This document shows, one piece after another, positions 1 through 8,657 of a DNA stretch of 24,000 bases. Source of the DNA: Nitrososphaerota archaeon (GTDB taxonomy: Archaea; Thermoproteota; Nitrososphaeria_A; Caldarchaeales; Wolframiiraptoraceae); contig JAGGRY010000036.1 in NCBI GenBank assembly GCA_021159365.1, positions 63,861 through 87,860 of the forward strand, read 5' to 3'. The first letter of the stretch is position 1. Each line of letters opens with the position of its first letter. The notes under the pieces are model-generated. The model was not told the origin of the DNA and did no database searches. It was given only the letters and a program-made list of their open reading frames with translations. The translations under genes and the position numbers were made by a program.

Positions 1-731
1 AAGTCTGTGGCGGAGGAGATGTAAAGTTCTGTCTTCGGAGCCTTGATCTTTGACTTAAGCTTCTCGCCAATTAAGACTATCGCCGCTGCCCCATCTCCAA
101 CACCGCTTACCTCGAATCTTCTAAGAGGCTCGGAGATATATGGTGATGATAGGATTTTCTCTAAGCTCACCTCGAATGGATATTGTGCATGGGCGACTCC
201 CTTGGCGTGTTTATGGCTTAGCATCGGGAAAACCGCGATCATATCATCTTTAACCCCATAATGCTTCATGTATAGTTTATAGAGTAATGCATTGATCGAG
301 TAGAAATCCGCACCTATGAATCCTTCATACTCCTGCCTCTCACCCATCAGGAGAGCCGATGAAACCTCCTCAGCCAATCCATCTGAGAGTTTCTCACCTC
401 CAACGATCAAGACTGCATCAGCTTTTCCAGAAGCGATCTCCAGGGCTCCGGCGTGAATTGCGGCGGCTCCAGAGGCGTTCGCTGCCTCAACTCTATATGC
501 TGGAGTTCCAACCATTCCGAGATCCTCTGCGATTATCGCTCCCAGATGGGCTTGCTCTTGTAGAAATTCTCCAGCCATGTTTCCGACATAGATCGAGTTT
601 ACCCGAGTTAAGCCAGAATCCTCTAAGGCTTTTAGAGCTGCTTCAACCATTAATTGCTCTAATCCTCTATCCCAATGTTCTCCAATCTTCGTTAACCCAA
701 CTCCAGCGACATAGATTTTTCCCAATTTCAT
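1..731 (-). CDS. Thiolase / acetyl-CoA acetyltransferase-like protein, 5' part (runs off the left edge of the window)
   Basis: Manual reverse-strand translation from ATG at 731: MKLGKIYVAGVGLTKIGEHWDRGLEQLMVEAALKALEDSGL...VEAANASGAAAIHAGVLALEAIASGKADAVLIVGGEKLS..., open to the window edge. Thiolase-type N-terminus. Its start lies immediately after the HMG-CoA synthase stop (734), the common archaeal mevalonate gene arrangement. Not in the supplied ORF track because it is open-ended. Confidence 0.85.
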   Translation of the reverse strand, partial: MKLGKIYVAGVGLTKIGEHWDRGLEQLMVEAALKALEDSGLTRVNSIYVGNMAGEFLQEQAHLGAIIAEDLGMVGTPAYRVEAANASGAAAIHAGALEIASGKADAVLIVGGEKLSDGLAEEVSSALLMGERQEYEGFIGADFYSINALLYKLYMKHYGVKDDMIAVFPMLSHKHAKGVAHAQYPFEVSLEKILSSPYISEPLRRFEVSGVGDGAAAIVLIGEKLKSKIKAPKTELYISSATD

Positions 732-733
732 GC

Positions 734-1783
734 TCACCTCAATCTAAGTTTTCCCCTAAATTTAGCATAGCTGGCATAATCTATGTAGATCTTCCTCTCG
801 ATGAAGTCCTTGAGTTTAGGCGCTCTATCTCTCTTCTCCTCGATTCCATCTAAGACTCTAAGAATATATGCGTCGCTCCCAGCCCCGGATCCGAATGATG
901 CAAGGAGAATGGCGTCTCCAGGCTTTGCCTCATCTAAAACTCTAACCAAGCCTAGGAGACTTGTGGCACTATAAGGATTTCCCAAGAATCCTGAGATCAA
1001 TCCAGATGAGACTTTCTCTCTTTCAAGCTTCAAGGCCTTTGCAACCGCTAACGGGAACTTCACATTAGGCTGATGAAAGACGAAGTAATCTATGTCCTTA
1101 ATCGAGTATCCCTCATCATTTAAGAGCTCGTTAATCGATCCCAGAATATGTCTGAAATAAGCAGGTTGACCGGTGAATCTCGCAGCATGGCTGGGATAAT
1201 TTTCACTCTCTCTTCTCCAGAAATCCGGTGTATCGGTTACATATGAGTTCCAAGCCTCAATTGAGGCCACAGCATCATCCGTCAATCTCCCAATTAATAG
1301 CGCCGCGGCTCCACTTGCCGCCGTATACTCTAATGCATCTCCAGGTCTTCCTTGAGCGGTATCCGCTCCTATCGCCAAACCATATTCTATTCTCCCACTC
1401 TCAACTAGTCCAGTTATCAATTGGATCGCCTCGGTTCCAGCCTTACACGCGAACTCTAGATCCGCTGCTAAGATGTTTTGACCGGCTCCGATGGCCTCAG
1501 CCACGATCGTCCCAGTCGGCTTTACGGCATAAGGCTTAGACTCGCTTCCAACATGTATTGCCCCAATCTTCTTAGGATCTATCCCAGCCCTCTTAACGGC
1601 GATCCTAGCCGCTTCAACAGCCATAGTGACCGAGTCTTCATCCAAGCCTGCGACCGCCTTCTCCTCTATTGGGAGTTCCTGTTTTTCTCTTCCCCAAAGC
1701 CTTCCAATCTCCTCAGCCCTAATCCTATATCTAGGAACATAGCCTCCATAGCCTTGTATCGCCACACCGTTCAGCCTTACCAT
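734..1783 (-). CDS. Archaeal hydroxymethylglutaryl-CoA synthase
   Basis: 349 aa, with archaeal HMGS/KAS III-like signatures: [42 protein letters not shown] (nucleophilic Cys context), [25 protein letters not shown]. Confidence 0.93.
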   Translation of the reverse strand: MVRLNGVAIQGYGGYVPRYRIRAEEIGRLWGREKQELPIEEKAVAGLDEDSVTMAVEAARIAVKRAGIDPKKIGAIHVGSESKPYAVKPTGTIVAEAIGAGQNILAADLEFACKAGTEAIQLITGLVESGRIEYGLAIGADTAQGRPGDALEYTAASGAAALLIGRLTDDAVASIEAWNSYVTDTPDFWRRESENYPSHAARFTGQPAYFRHILGSINELLNDEGYSIKDIDYFVFHQPNVKFPLAVAKALKLEREKVSSGLISGFLGNPYSATSLLGLVRVLDEAKPGDAILLASFGSGAGSDAYILRVLDGIEEKRDRAPKLKDFIERKIYIDYASYAKFRGKLRLR

Positions 1784-1915
1784 TTTTCAAGGGATTTTTA
1801 GCCGCGGATCTCTTTAAATGTTTTAACGAATCTCTTAACGTCAATTGACGAATAGGGAGAAGCCGCATCAGATTGGAGGAAGCTTAAGTTGATGGAGAAT
1901 CTCATTTAAGGATAG

Positions 1916-2374
1916 ATGAGAGAGAGCAGGGGACTTGATGAAAAAGATCTGAAGATTCTAAGGGCATTAGAGTTCGATTCATCTAGGAGCGTTAGGGAGA
2001 TCGCGGAGGAATTAGGTCTACCTAGGACGACTGTTCAAGAGAGGATTAGCAGGCTTAGGAGATTGGGCGTGATCAGGAGATTTACGATAAAGGTCGATAA
2101 GTCCAAGCTTGGGAAAGAGGCGACCGCGTTCATCTTAGTATCCTTCATGCCTGGACCTCAGATCTCTCAAAAGATGCTCGCTCATCAAATCTCCATGCTC
2201 CCAGACGTTGAGGAAGTCCACCTAATCTCAGGTGAATGGGATATCTTGGTAAAGGTTAGAGGCTCCTCGATGAAGGAGATAGGTGAACTCGTGATCGAGA
2301 GAATTAGAACTATGGATGGAGTCGCGAGAACCTTAACCTGCACGGTCTTCTACACCGCTAAAGAAGATCCATAA
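1916..2374 (+). CDS. Lrp/AsnC family transcriptional regulator
   Basis: 152 aa; N-terminal HTH (LDEKDLKILRALEFDSSRSVREIAEELGLPRTTVQERISRLRRLGVI) plus C-terminal RAM-like domain (GEWDILVKVRGSSMKEIGELVIERIRTMDGVARTLT). Confidence 0.92.
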   Translation: MRESRGLDEKDLKILRALEFDSSRSVREIAEELGLPRTTVQERISRLRRLGVIRRFTIKVDKSKLGKEATAFILVSFMPGPQISQKMLAHQISMLPDVEEVHLISGEWDILVKVRGSSMKEIGELVIERIRTMDGVARTLTCTVFYTAKEDP

Positions 2375-2481
2375 AAGACGGAGATTACTGGAAACATACC
2401 ATAAAATATCTCAAAGTATTTCATCCGTCTCCAATTATGCTTAGAGATTTAAAGAGCTACTCACGTCCTCTAACTTGAGCT

Positions 2482-3606
2482 ATGAAGGAGCTTGAGAGAC
2501 TTGCCGCTGAACATGCGAGGGCAGCCGTTAGACTCGACAAGGTTGGGATGAAGAAGGAGGCTGCTCAAAAATACAAGGAAGCGATTAGGCTCTTATCGAG
2601 GTTAATCGAGCTCACCGATGATTCTATGATGAAGCAGATCTATATGGAGAAGAAGGAGCAATATGAGAGGAGGATAAAGGACTTAACCGAATCAGTTTAT
2701 GAAGGATTTCGAGAACTCAGCAAACAGGTTAAGGAATCCGGTTTCGCAAAGGATCTAATCGTCGAGAATCCTCCGCCGATAACTTGGGATGACATCATAG
2801 GGTTAGATCACGCGAAGAGGGCGATAAGGGAGAGCATAATCTATCCGATGAAGAGGCCGGACCTATTTCCCCTAGGATGGCCACGGGGGATCCTCTTATT
2901 TGGACCACCTGGATGCGGGAAGACGATGTTGGCGGCGGCGGTGGCGAATGAGATCGACGCGGTCTTCATGCATGTTGACGCCTCTGTGATCATGTCTAAG
3001 TGGCTTGGAGAATCCGAGAAGAATATATCGAATATCTTCAAATCTGCTAGAGAATATGAGGCTCAGGGAAAGGCCGTCATAATCTTCATGGATGAGATAG
3101 ATTCCTTAACGGCGGCGAGGTTGAATGAGGTCGGCGGAGAGGCGAGGGCGAGAAACCAGCTGATAAAGGAGATGGATGGATTATTCGATAAAGGTAAGAA
3201 TACTAGGATCTATGTCCTCGCAGCGACGAATAAGCCGTGGCTCCTCGATAAACCATTCATCAGGAGATTCCAGAAGAGAATATTCATAGGTTTACCCGAT
3301 TATGAGGCAAGGTTGAAGATGTTTGAATACTATGCTAGAAAACTTGATTTAGATGGGAATGTCGAATTCGGGGAACTTGCGAGGATAACGAACGGATACT
3401 CTGGAGCAGATATCTACAATATCTGCATGGAAGTCCAGATGAAGGTTGTTAGCGAGTTCTTTGAGGAAGGGAGTGGAGATGAGGGGAAGCCTAGGAAGAT
3501 TAGGATGGAAGATTTCATGGAGATCATTAGGAAGAGGAAGCCGAGCGTTGATTTAGAATCCATGGAGAAGATGCTTAAATGGGCTTCGAAGTATGGGACA
3601 TCCTGA
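2482..3606 (+). CDS. cdvC: Vps4/CdvC-like AAA ATPase with N-terminal MIT-like domain
   Basis: 374 aa; N-terminal three-helix MIT-like segment (AAEHARAAVRLDKVGMKKEAAQKYKEAIRLLSRLIEL); Walker A GPPGCGKTML; Walker B IIFMDEIDSL; arginine-finger region ARNQLIKEMDG...FLRRF-type FIRRFQKRIFIGLPD. Confidence 0.9.
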   Translation: MKELERLAAEHARAAVRLDKVGMKKEAAQKYKEAIRLLSRLIELTDDSMMKQIYMEKKEQYERRIKDLTESVYEGFRELSKQVKESGFAKDLIVENPPPITWDDIIGLDHAKRAIRESIIYPMKRPDLFPLGWPRGILLFGPPGCGKTMLAAAVANEIDAVFMHVDASVIMSKWLGESEKNISNIFKSAREYEAQGKAVIIFMDEIDSLTAARLNEVGGEARARNQLIKEMDGLFDKGKNTRIYVLAATNKPWLLDKPFIRRFQKRIFIGLPDYEARLKMFEYYARKLDLDGNVEFGELARITNGYSGADIYNICMEVQMKVVSEFFEEGSGDEGKPRKIRMEDFMEIIRKRKPSVDLESMEKMLKWASKYGTS

Positions 3607-3611
3607 CTCCT

Positions 3612-4346
3612 TTATCCAACGAGCTGAATCAGACCTTTTTGCTCAAGCCTCTTCAAAACATCTCTAATCTGATCCTCATTTAATCCAAGTTCTCTGGCGC
3701 ATCTCTTGAGATCGAGTTCCTCATCACTGGCCGAGATATATGAATAGACGAGCTTCTCCTCTTCACTGAGCTTTGGAACATCTGGGAATGCATCCTTAAC
3801 TCTTTCAGCGGCCTTCTTCTGAGCTTCCTCTAAGATCTTCGACGCCTCGGCATCCAACTCTTTAGGAACCTGAACGATCTCTTCTCCAGCCTCAGACATG
3901 GATGTGAAATCCTCTATACATGATGCTAGCTCCCGAAGACTTTCAGCCGCCTCTGGAGCAACGCCTCTCACCTCGTCCTCAACCTCCGCCACTAACGAGA
4001 TCAATGGAATCAGGAGTCCTAGAACATCGCTTATCTCGAGAATAGTCTCGAGTCTGAGCTTGACTTGTTCGAGGACTAGTTGGGTTTTAACTATTATTCC
4101 CGCTAATCTCCTTATTTCGGCGATCTCTTCGGCGTAGATTGAAGCCCTATTCTCATCTCCATTCATTAACGCTTGAACTACTTCTTCAAAGTATTCCTTA
4201 CTCCTTGCCACCATTTCACCATATTTTGATCTGAGCTTTATTATCTGGGCGCTTAACTGGTTGAGCGAATGCTCAAGTTTTAGCTTAAGTCTTTCTCTCG
4301 CCTTCTCGTCGAACAGTGATTCATCGAAATCTCCCTGATTAACCAT
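3612..4346 (-). CDS. cdvB: ESCRT-III/CdvB-like protein (Snf7-like helical region plus C-terminal winged-helix)
   Basis: 244 aa; charged helical Snf7-like core, a proline-containing linker VKDAFPDVPKLSEEE resembling a MIM2 motif, and a C-terminal wHTH (KLVYSYISASDEELDLKRCARELGLNEDQIRDVLKRLEQKGLIQLV); adjacent to the MIT-AAA ATPase. Confidence 0.82.
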   Translation of the reverse strand: MVNQGDFDESLFDEKARERLKLKLEHSLNQLSAQIIKLRSKYGEMVARSKEYFEEVVQALMNGDENRASIYAEEIAEIRRLAGIIVKTQLVLEQVKLRLETILEISDVLGLLIPLISLVAEVEDEVRGVAPEAAESLRELASCIEDFTSMSEAGEEIVQVPKELDAEASKILEEAQKKAAERVKDAFPDVPKLSEEEKLVYSYISASDEELDLKRCARELGLNEDQIRDVLKRLEQKGLIQLVG

Positions 4347-4704
4347 CTCTGGATTGATGAACTGAGATAGGATATTTTATTCCTTTCTAAACGCGAATTC
4401 GTCTTAAATCTTATGAGAATTCATGCGAAATACCCCGCACATATCATCATATTGCCTAGATCCATTTGATCAAAGAGTTGCCGTGGATTCCCTGCTCAAC
4501 TTAACTTGACGGTTTCTTCTCTTCGATTCTCCTCGACTTATGATGCCCTAATCTACAGCTCTGGCCAACAATTTCGCCTACCTCTTCCTTCGATAATTGT
4601 TGCGAATAAGCGGATATCTCTAATGGGGTTTCTCTCGCGCCTTATCTCTTTTCTACCGACAAATTTGATCAAAGATGGTGAAGGATGTTCTAAAGATTTT
4701 GCAG

Positions 4705-6147
4705 TTAGCCTCTCAGCCCGAAGACAAGCTTCGTCTCTCCCAGCATCTTTAATGGCATCTCCCTAACTTTCACAACTATCGGTAGATCATTCACTATTCT
4801 CCCGATCATTAGACAGTGTCGAGGTGGAAGAGCTTTAGCTATAAGCTTCACGGTGTCTGAGTCTATTCTCGCGGTCTTTGAGATGTAATTTAAATCCGAT
4901 TCATTTGTGAAGTTGAATAGGAATATGTTATCCGCTTGCCTATAGATCGTCTCTGGAATCGTATCGGGTTGATTCGTTACGAGTATTGGGAATATTCCGA
5001 TGTGCCTCATCCTCGTTATTAGGTCATCCCAGTAAGTCTCTCTCAGATATAGGTGCGCCTCCTCCGCTAAGAGAAACAATGGATCTATCAATCCATCTCT
5101 TAGTAGAGTTGAGAGCTTGCTTAAGACATACTCGACCACGATTCTCCTGCCATGTGAAGAGATTTTGGAGAGATTTATCACGAATATTCCACCTTCCTTA
5201 ACCGAGTTTATCATCGAGTCTATTTTTACAGGATTTTCATCGTCGAAGAATCTCGTCGCCTCTAAGCTTAGAAGTCTACTCATTAAAGCATCTCTAACCG
5301 ATTCATGTAGCTGAACCCTTCCTATTGCATCTATCAGTCCTCTAAGGGTAACTTTCCCATTCACCTTCTTAACGAGCCTCCATAATCTGATGAACTCCCT
5401 CAGACTCGTCGCCGGAGTATTTAGAATATATCTCAAGATGTCTGTGATCGTTGCTAAGCCAGCATCTTCCATCGAGACTCTAAAATTTTCTCCAGGAGTT
5501 AGAACTACATGCTTGTCGGCGACATCGCTTAAAGCTCCATCAATTCTCATCGAGAGGCCGATGTATTCTCCGTTAACATCTAGGGCTATCACCTTTGCTC
5601 CATACTCGGCCAAAGATGTTATCAGAATCTTAGCGAGATGGGATTTACCGGTCTCCTTCTTTCCAGTAATTATTGTTAATCTACCATCCAAGTCTTCGGC
5701 GTTTATCGAGATTATTCCATTCATTGATTCTCCTATTATTATCGGTCTTCTACCGGCGGATGATGAGAGCTCCATGATCAATTCAGGCGAAGCTCGCTCT
5801 ATCCTCGATTCAAGTCTTGATGGAAGCCACAGTAGATCATTTCTGAGAGATCCATCCTCAACCACTCCCCTAACCTTCCCAACGATAAGCCTGGAATCCT
5901 TAAGCTCGGTTAAAATAGATCCAACATCATATGGGTCGAAGATCTTGAGCGAGAGGGGCTCAGAGGCAAGTTCTCTTAAGGTATCTTCTAGGATTCCGGG
6001 AAGCTCCGCATAGTTCACATCTAAGATCTGGACGAGTAGCTTCTTGCCTCCATCCGAAACTATCACGTAATCTCCTCTTCTAAGCCCATCCTCACCTGGA
6101 GCCGCCAGAAACTCTATCTTATCCCCATTCTTCGATAAGATCTTCAA
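4705..6147 (-). CDS. herA: HerA-like DNA translocase/helicase
   Basis: 480 aa, TTG start; N-terminal HAS-barrel-like region, Walker A LTIITGKKETGKSHLAKIL, Walker B LFLLAEEAHLYL, and RMRHIGIFPILVTNQPDTIPETIYRQADNIFLFNFTNESDL; 4-nt overlap with the NurA gene. Confidence 0.88.
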   Translation of the reverse strand: MKILSKNGDKIEFLAAPGEDGLRRGDYVIVSDGGKKLLVQILDVNYAELPGILEDTLRELASEPLSLKIFDPYDVGSILTELKDSRLIVGKVRGVVEDGSLRNDLLWLPSRLESRIERASPELIMELSSSAGRRPIIIGESMNGIISINAEDLDGRLTIITGKKETGKSHLAKILITSLAEYGAKVIALDVNGEYIGLSMRIDGALSDVADKHVVLTPGENFRVSMEDAGLATITDILRYILNTPATSLREFIRLWRLVKKVNGKVTLRGLIDAIGRVQLHESVRDALMSRLLSLEATRFFDDENPVKIDSMINSVKEGGIFVINLSKISSHGRRIVVEYVLSKLSTLLRDGLIDPLFLLAEEAHLYLRETYWDDLITRMRHIGIFPILVTNQPDTIPETIYRQADNIFLFNFTNESDLNYISKTARIDSDTVKLIAKALPPRHCLMIGRIVNDLPIVVKVREMPLKMLGETKLVFGLRG

Positions 6148-7190
6148 GCGGGCTCACCTCCATCTATTGGTCTGAATAGGAGCCATCTAATCGAGGTAGG
6201 CTTAAAGAGCTTAATCCCCCTTCTCCTCAGGATCGATTGCATGGCTATTAGATCCATTTTATTGAAGGTGCAGAGATCGTGGGCTAGGATCAAGGTTTCT
6301 GGATAACCATAGATTAATGAATCGCTCTTCAAGAGGCTTCCAAGAACATCTCCAATGCTTTTCCTAATTGCTGCGTCGACTCTGAAGCCTTCGCCTCCAG
6401 CTGAGAGTCTCGCTAAATATGTCTCTCCCAAGACTTTAACTCTCATCTCTAATTCCTTGATCGCCCAAGTCATCTCCACGACATATGGAGGCTCTGCATC
6501 GAGTTTAAGCGAGGTTATGAGTTCTCCCCAAACTCTGAGGATGCTGGTCTTAGAAAAGGCGAGAATATCGTTTCCCCTTGGCCTCGCTCCATCAATTATC
6601 CTCGATACAAGCCAAGTTGGATTGTCTAATGGTCCCGCTGAGAGGGAGCCGTCGAAGAGCAATATCGTATCCTTAAATCTCTCAACGGCGTATTCTTGCA
6701 GCCTCTTCTCCAAAATCCCGGCCAAGACCTTTTGAACGGAGTTATAGAGCTGATAATCTCCCCAATAATCTAGTCTAACTTCCCCGCCCAGCATGGATGA
6801 GAGGAGTTCTCCAACTCCATCATAATCTATGTATACCATGAATGGACCGATTATCTCGGCCCAAATTCTCGACCATTCTCGAATGACCAGAGCTCCCCTA
6901 ATCGCGACCACGACCCCTTTAGAGCCCACCGCGACCTTAATCGAGGAAGTATCTATGGCCACAACTCTCCTGGACGCCGCATCTTCAACCGAGACCTTGA
7001 TCGGCTTAACCCCCTCTTTCAAAAGCCTCTCAACTAGCTGAATAGGCCACTCATCTTGAACAAAGACTTCAGAGGTCTCAACCCCAAGCTTAACCCCCTT
7101 GATCGAGCTAAGGCTTCTATCACTCTTCTCTAGGAAAGCTTTAAAGAGGCTTTTAAATCCATTTATTTGGGGTTGCTGGTATTGGGTCAT
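6144..7190 (-). CDS. nurA: NurA-domain 5'-3' nuclease (partner of HerA)
   Basis: ORF track extends to 7253 (369 aa). M22 at 7190 looks like the better start, because the upstream extension crosses the shared promoter region. NurA-like VVAIDTSSIKVAVGSKGVVVAIRGALVI motif, later acidic LLFDGSLSAG and LIYGYPETLILAHD; co-oriented and overlapping with herA. Confidence 0.82.
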   Translation of the reverse strand: MTQYQQPQINGFKSLFKAFLEKSDRSLSSIKGVKLGVETSEVFVQDEWPIQLVERLLKEGVKPIKVSVEDAASRRVVAIDTSSIKVAVGSKGVVVAIRGALVIREWSRIWAEIIGPFMVYIDYDGVGELLSSMLGGEVRLDYWGDYQLYNSVQKVLAGILEKRLQEYAVERFKDTILLFDGSLSAGPLDNPTWLVSRIIDGARPRGNDILAFSKTSILRVWGELITSLKLDAEPPYVVEMTWAIKELEMRVKVLGETYLARLSAGGEGFRVDAAIRKSIGDVLGSLLKSDSLIYGYPETLILAHDLCTFNKMDLIAMQSILRRRGIKLFKPTSIRWLLFRPIDGGEPA

Positions 7191-7226
7191 CGCCCCTCTT
7201 CCCACGGGATTATTGGGCTTCATGTG

Positions 7227-7235
7227 CTTATAAAT
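7227..7235 (+). promoter_or_regulatory. Putative TATA box (CTTATAAAT) for the 7262 gene
   Basis: TATA-like element centred about 31 nt before the ATG at 7262, consistent with a (near-)leaderless archaeal transcript. Confidence 0.5.
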
Positions 7236-7237
7236 GT

Positions 7238-7252
7238 TGCTCAAATTGAGCA
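7238..7252. repeat. Perfect inverted repeat TGCTCAA-A-TTGAGCA between TATA box and start codon
   Basis: 7-bp arms with 1-nt spacer read directly; located where an archaeal repressor operator would be. Confidence 0.6.
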
Positions 7253-7261
7253 TGATGAAAA

Positions 7262-7678
7262 ATGAGCGATCAAGAAAAAATCAAGATAGAGGTGGTAATA
7301 GGCCCCGCAACGGTTAGGGTTGAAGCTCCACCAGAAAAGCTGGAAGAAGCCGTTAAACAGGTTATCTCAGCCATTAAAGCCGTTCTTCCACAGATCTCGG
7401 CCGAGGAGCTTGGCCACGTCCAGCGAGGAGAGAGAACTAGGAAGAGAATGCAGCCAACATGTTCCGAGCTATTGAGGGGGTTAATGGAGGAAGGATGGTT
7501 CGATACTCCTAGAACCCTCTCTGAAGTGGTTCAAGAACTCGCGCGAAGAGGATATAATTATAATTCGACAGCAGTATCGCATAGTCTTCTAGACTTGGTT
7601 AGAGAGAGGGTTTTGTCCAGGGAAGGCACGCCGAGACGCTACGTCTACTATAGATCAAAGAAGGAGGGAGGCAATTAA
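7262..7678 (+). CDS. Small protein: shared N-terminal domain plus winged-helix-like C-terminus
   Basis: 138 aa; N-term IKIEVVIGPATVRVEAPPEKLEEAVKQVISAIKAVLP; C-term CSELLRGLMEEGWFDTPRTLSEVVQELARRGYNYNSTAVSHSLLDLVRERVLSREGTPRRYVYYRSKK, typical of archaeal wHTH proteins. Confidence 0.8.
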   Translation: MSDQEKIKIEVVIGPATVRVEAPPEKLEEAVKQVISAIKAVLPQISAEELGHVQRGERTRKRMQPTCSELLRGLMEEGWFDTPRTLSEVVQELARRGYNYNSTAVSHSLLDLVRERVLSREGTPRRYVYYRSKKEGGN

Positions 7679-8190
7679 TCGGAGGCTTGCTCTCCCATCG
7701 GCTTCTGACCATAATTATCCAGGATATATTTTATTCCTTGAATCGTTATCGCGTAATCTCCTCTATCAAGCCTCTTAAGCATGACTCCTTGAGAGAGTTC
7801 AGCAACCCTATTGGAGAGAGTCTTTCTCTTAATCCTCGGCAGATATTCGGAGAAATCGGAGATGCTTGTATTCGGCTTCTCTCTCCTGCCAAGCTTATAC
7901 TCAAGATAATTTTTGAGGGCTATGAAGTAGACGGCGTCTTGGAATGGGAGTTCATTCAAATCTTTTAGGAAGAATATGCCAGCCTCTGGATTATATGCTA
8001 GATAATTTTTCAATCTCTCCAGCATGTCTTTGAGCTCCACATTATATTGAATCTTCTTCGCGAGCGAGTATTCTGGAATAGCTTGTTCGAGGAACGCTAC
8101 AACTTGATGGTAGACTGCTTCGGGGCTTCCCGAAAATTCAGCCTCCAAGTCCCCATACTTGATGTGTATCTTAAGTTCTTCATCACTCAT
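7675..8190 (-). CDS. Small protein: shared N-terminal domain plus putative winged-helix C-terminus
   Basis: 171 aa; MSDEELKIHIKYGDLEAEFSGSPEAVYHQVVAFLEQAIPEY...; C-term KRKTLSNRVAELSQGVMLKRLDRGDYAITIQGIKYILDNY. 4-nt overlap with the upstream gene. Confidence 0.8.
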   Translation of the reverse strand: MSDEELKIHIKYGDLEAEFSGSPEAVYHQVVAFLEQAIPEYSLAKKIQYNVELKDMLERLKNYLAYNPEAGIFFLKDLNELPFQDAVYFIALKNYLEYKLGRREKPNTSISDFSEYLPRIKRKTLSNRVAELSQGVMLKRLDRGDYAITIQGIKYILDNYGQKPMGEQASD

Positions 8191-8657
8191 GGCTCCTCAC
8201 CGAAGAGCTCCCTAATCGATGCTTTCGTGAATCCATATAATCCTTCCCCATACTTGATCACTAGGCCGGCCTTCTTAAGCTCGCTTAGCCTAGCCCTGGT
8301 AACCTTCTCATTCAATCCAGTGTAGGATGCTATCTCCTTTGGAGTAAGCTTATCTCTCTCCAAGAGTCCTAAGAGTTTTCCAACGTATGCTCCAGCGAGG
8401 CAGAGGAGGATCTTCCGCTTCGCGCCGGTATCCTCTAACACGCTTATCATCCCCTCCCTTATCTCAACGAGGCCTTCGAGCTTCTCCATCAGCAGATTTA
8501 CATCTATGGCTCCGATGAGCTTCTTAACGGCTTCAATAGATGGATAGATCTCTGATAGATACTTGTTTATGCTTCTCCAAACATCTTCATAGTTTCCGCT
8601 GAACTCCACCTCGGTCTCTCCATGTCTTAGAACCGCTTTGAGTTCTCCATCGCTCAT
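8187..8657 (-). CDS. Small protein: shared N-terminal domain plus winged-helix-like C-terminus
   Basis: 156 aa; MSDGELKAVLRHGETEVEFSGNYEDVWRSINKYLSEIYPSI...; C-term LTPKEIASYTGLNEKVTRARLSELKKAGLVIKYGEGLYGFTKASIRELF. Confidence 0.8.
   Translation of the reverse strand: MSDGELKAVLRHGETEVEFSGNYEDVWRSINKYLSEIYPSIEAVKKLIGAIDVNLLMEKLEGLVEIREGMISVLEDTGAKRKILLCLAGAYVGKLLGLLERDKLTPKEIASYTGLNEKVTRARLSELKKAGLVIKYGEGLYGFTKASIRELFGEEP

Noticed and set aside
359-853. 164-aa plus-strand ORF opposite the thiolase gene
   Set aside because: Low-complexity Leu/Arg/Pro translation, antisense to a clearly recognisable thiolase frame; shadow ORF.
1228-1801. 103-aa and 107-aa plus-strand ORFs opposite HMG-CoA synthase
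   Set aside because: Antisense shadows; composition is non-protein-like.
4506-4766. 86-aa plus-strand ORF in the herA/cdvB gap
   Set aside because: Ser/Leu-rich, partly antisense to the herA 3' end, no recognisable domain; the minus strand looks more coding-like.
5390-6013. 207-aa plus-strand ORF opposite herA
   Set aside because: Antisense to HerA with its Walker motifs on the minus strand; no domain resemblance.
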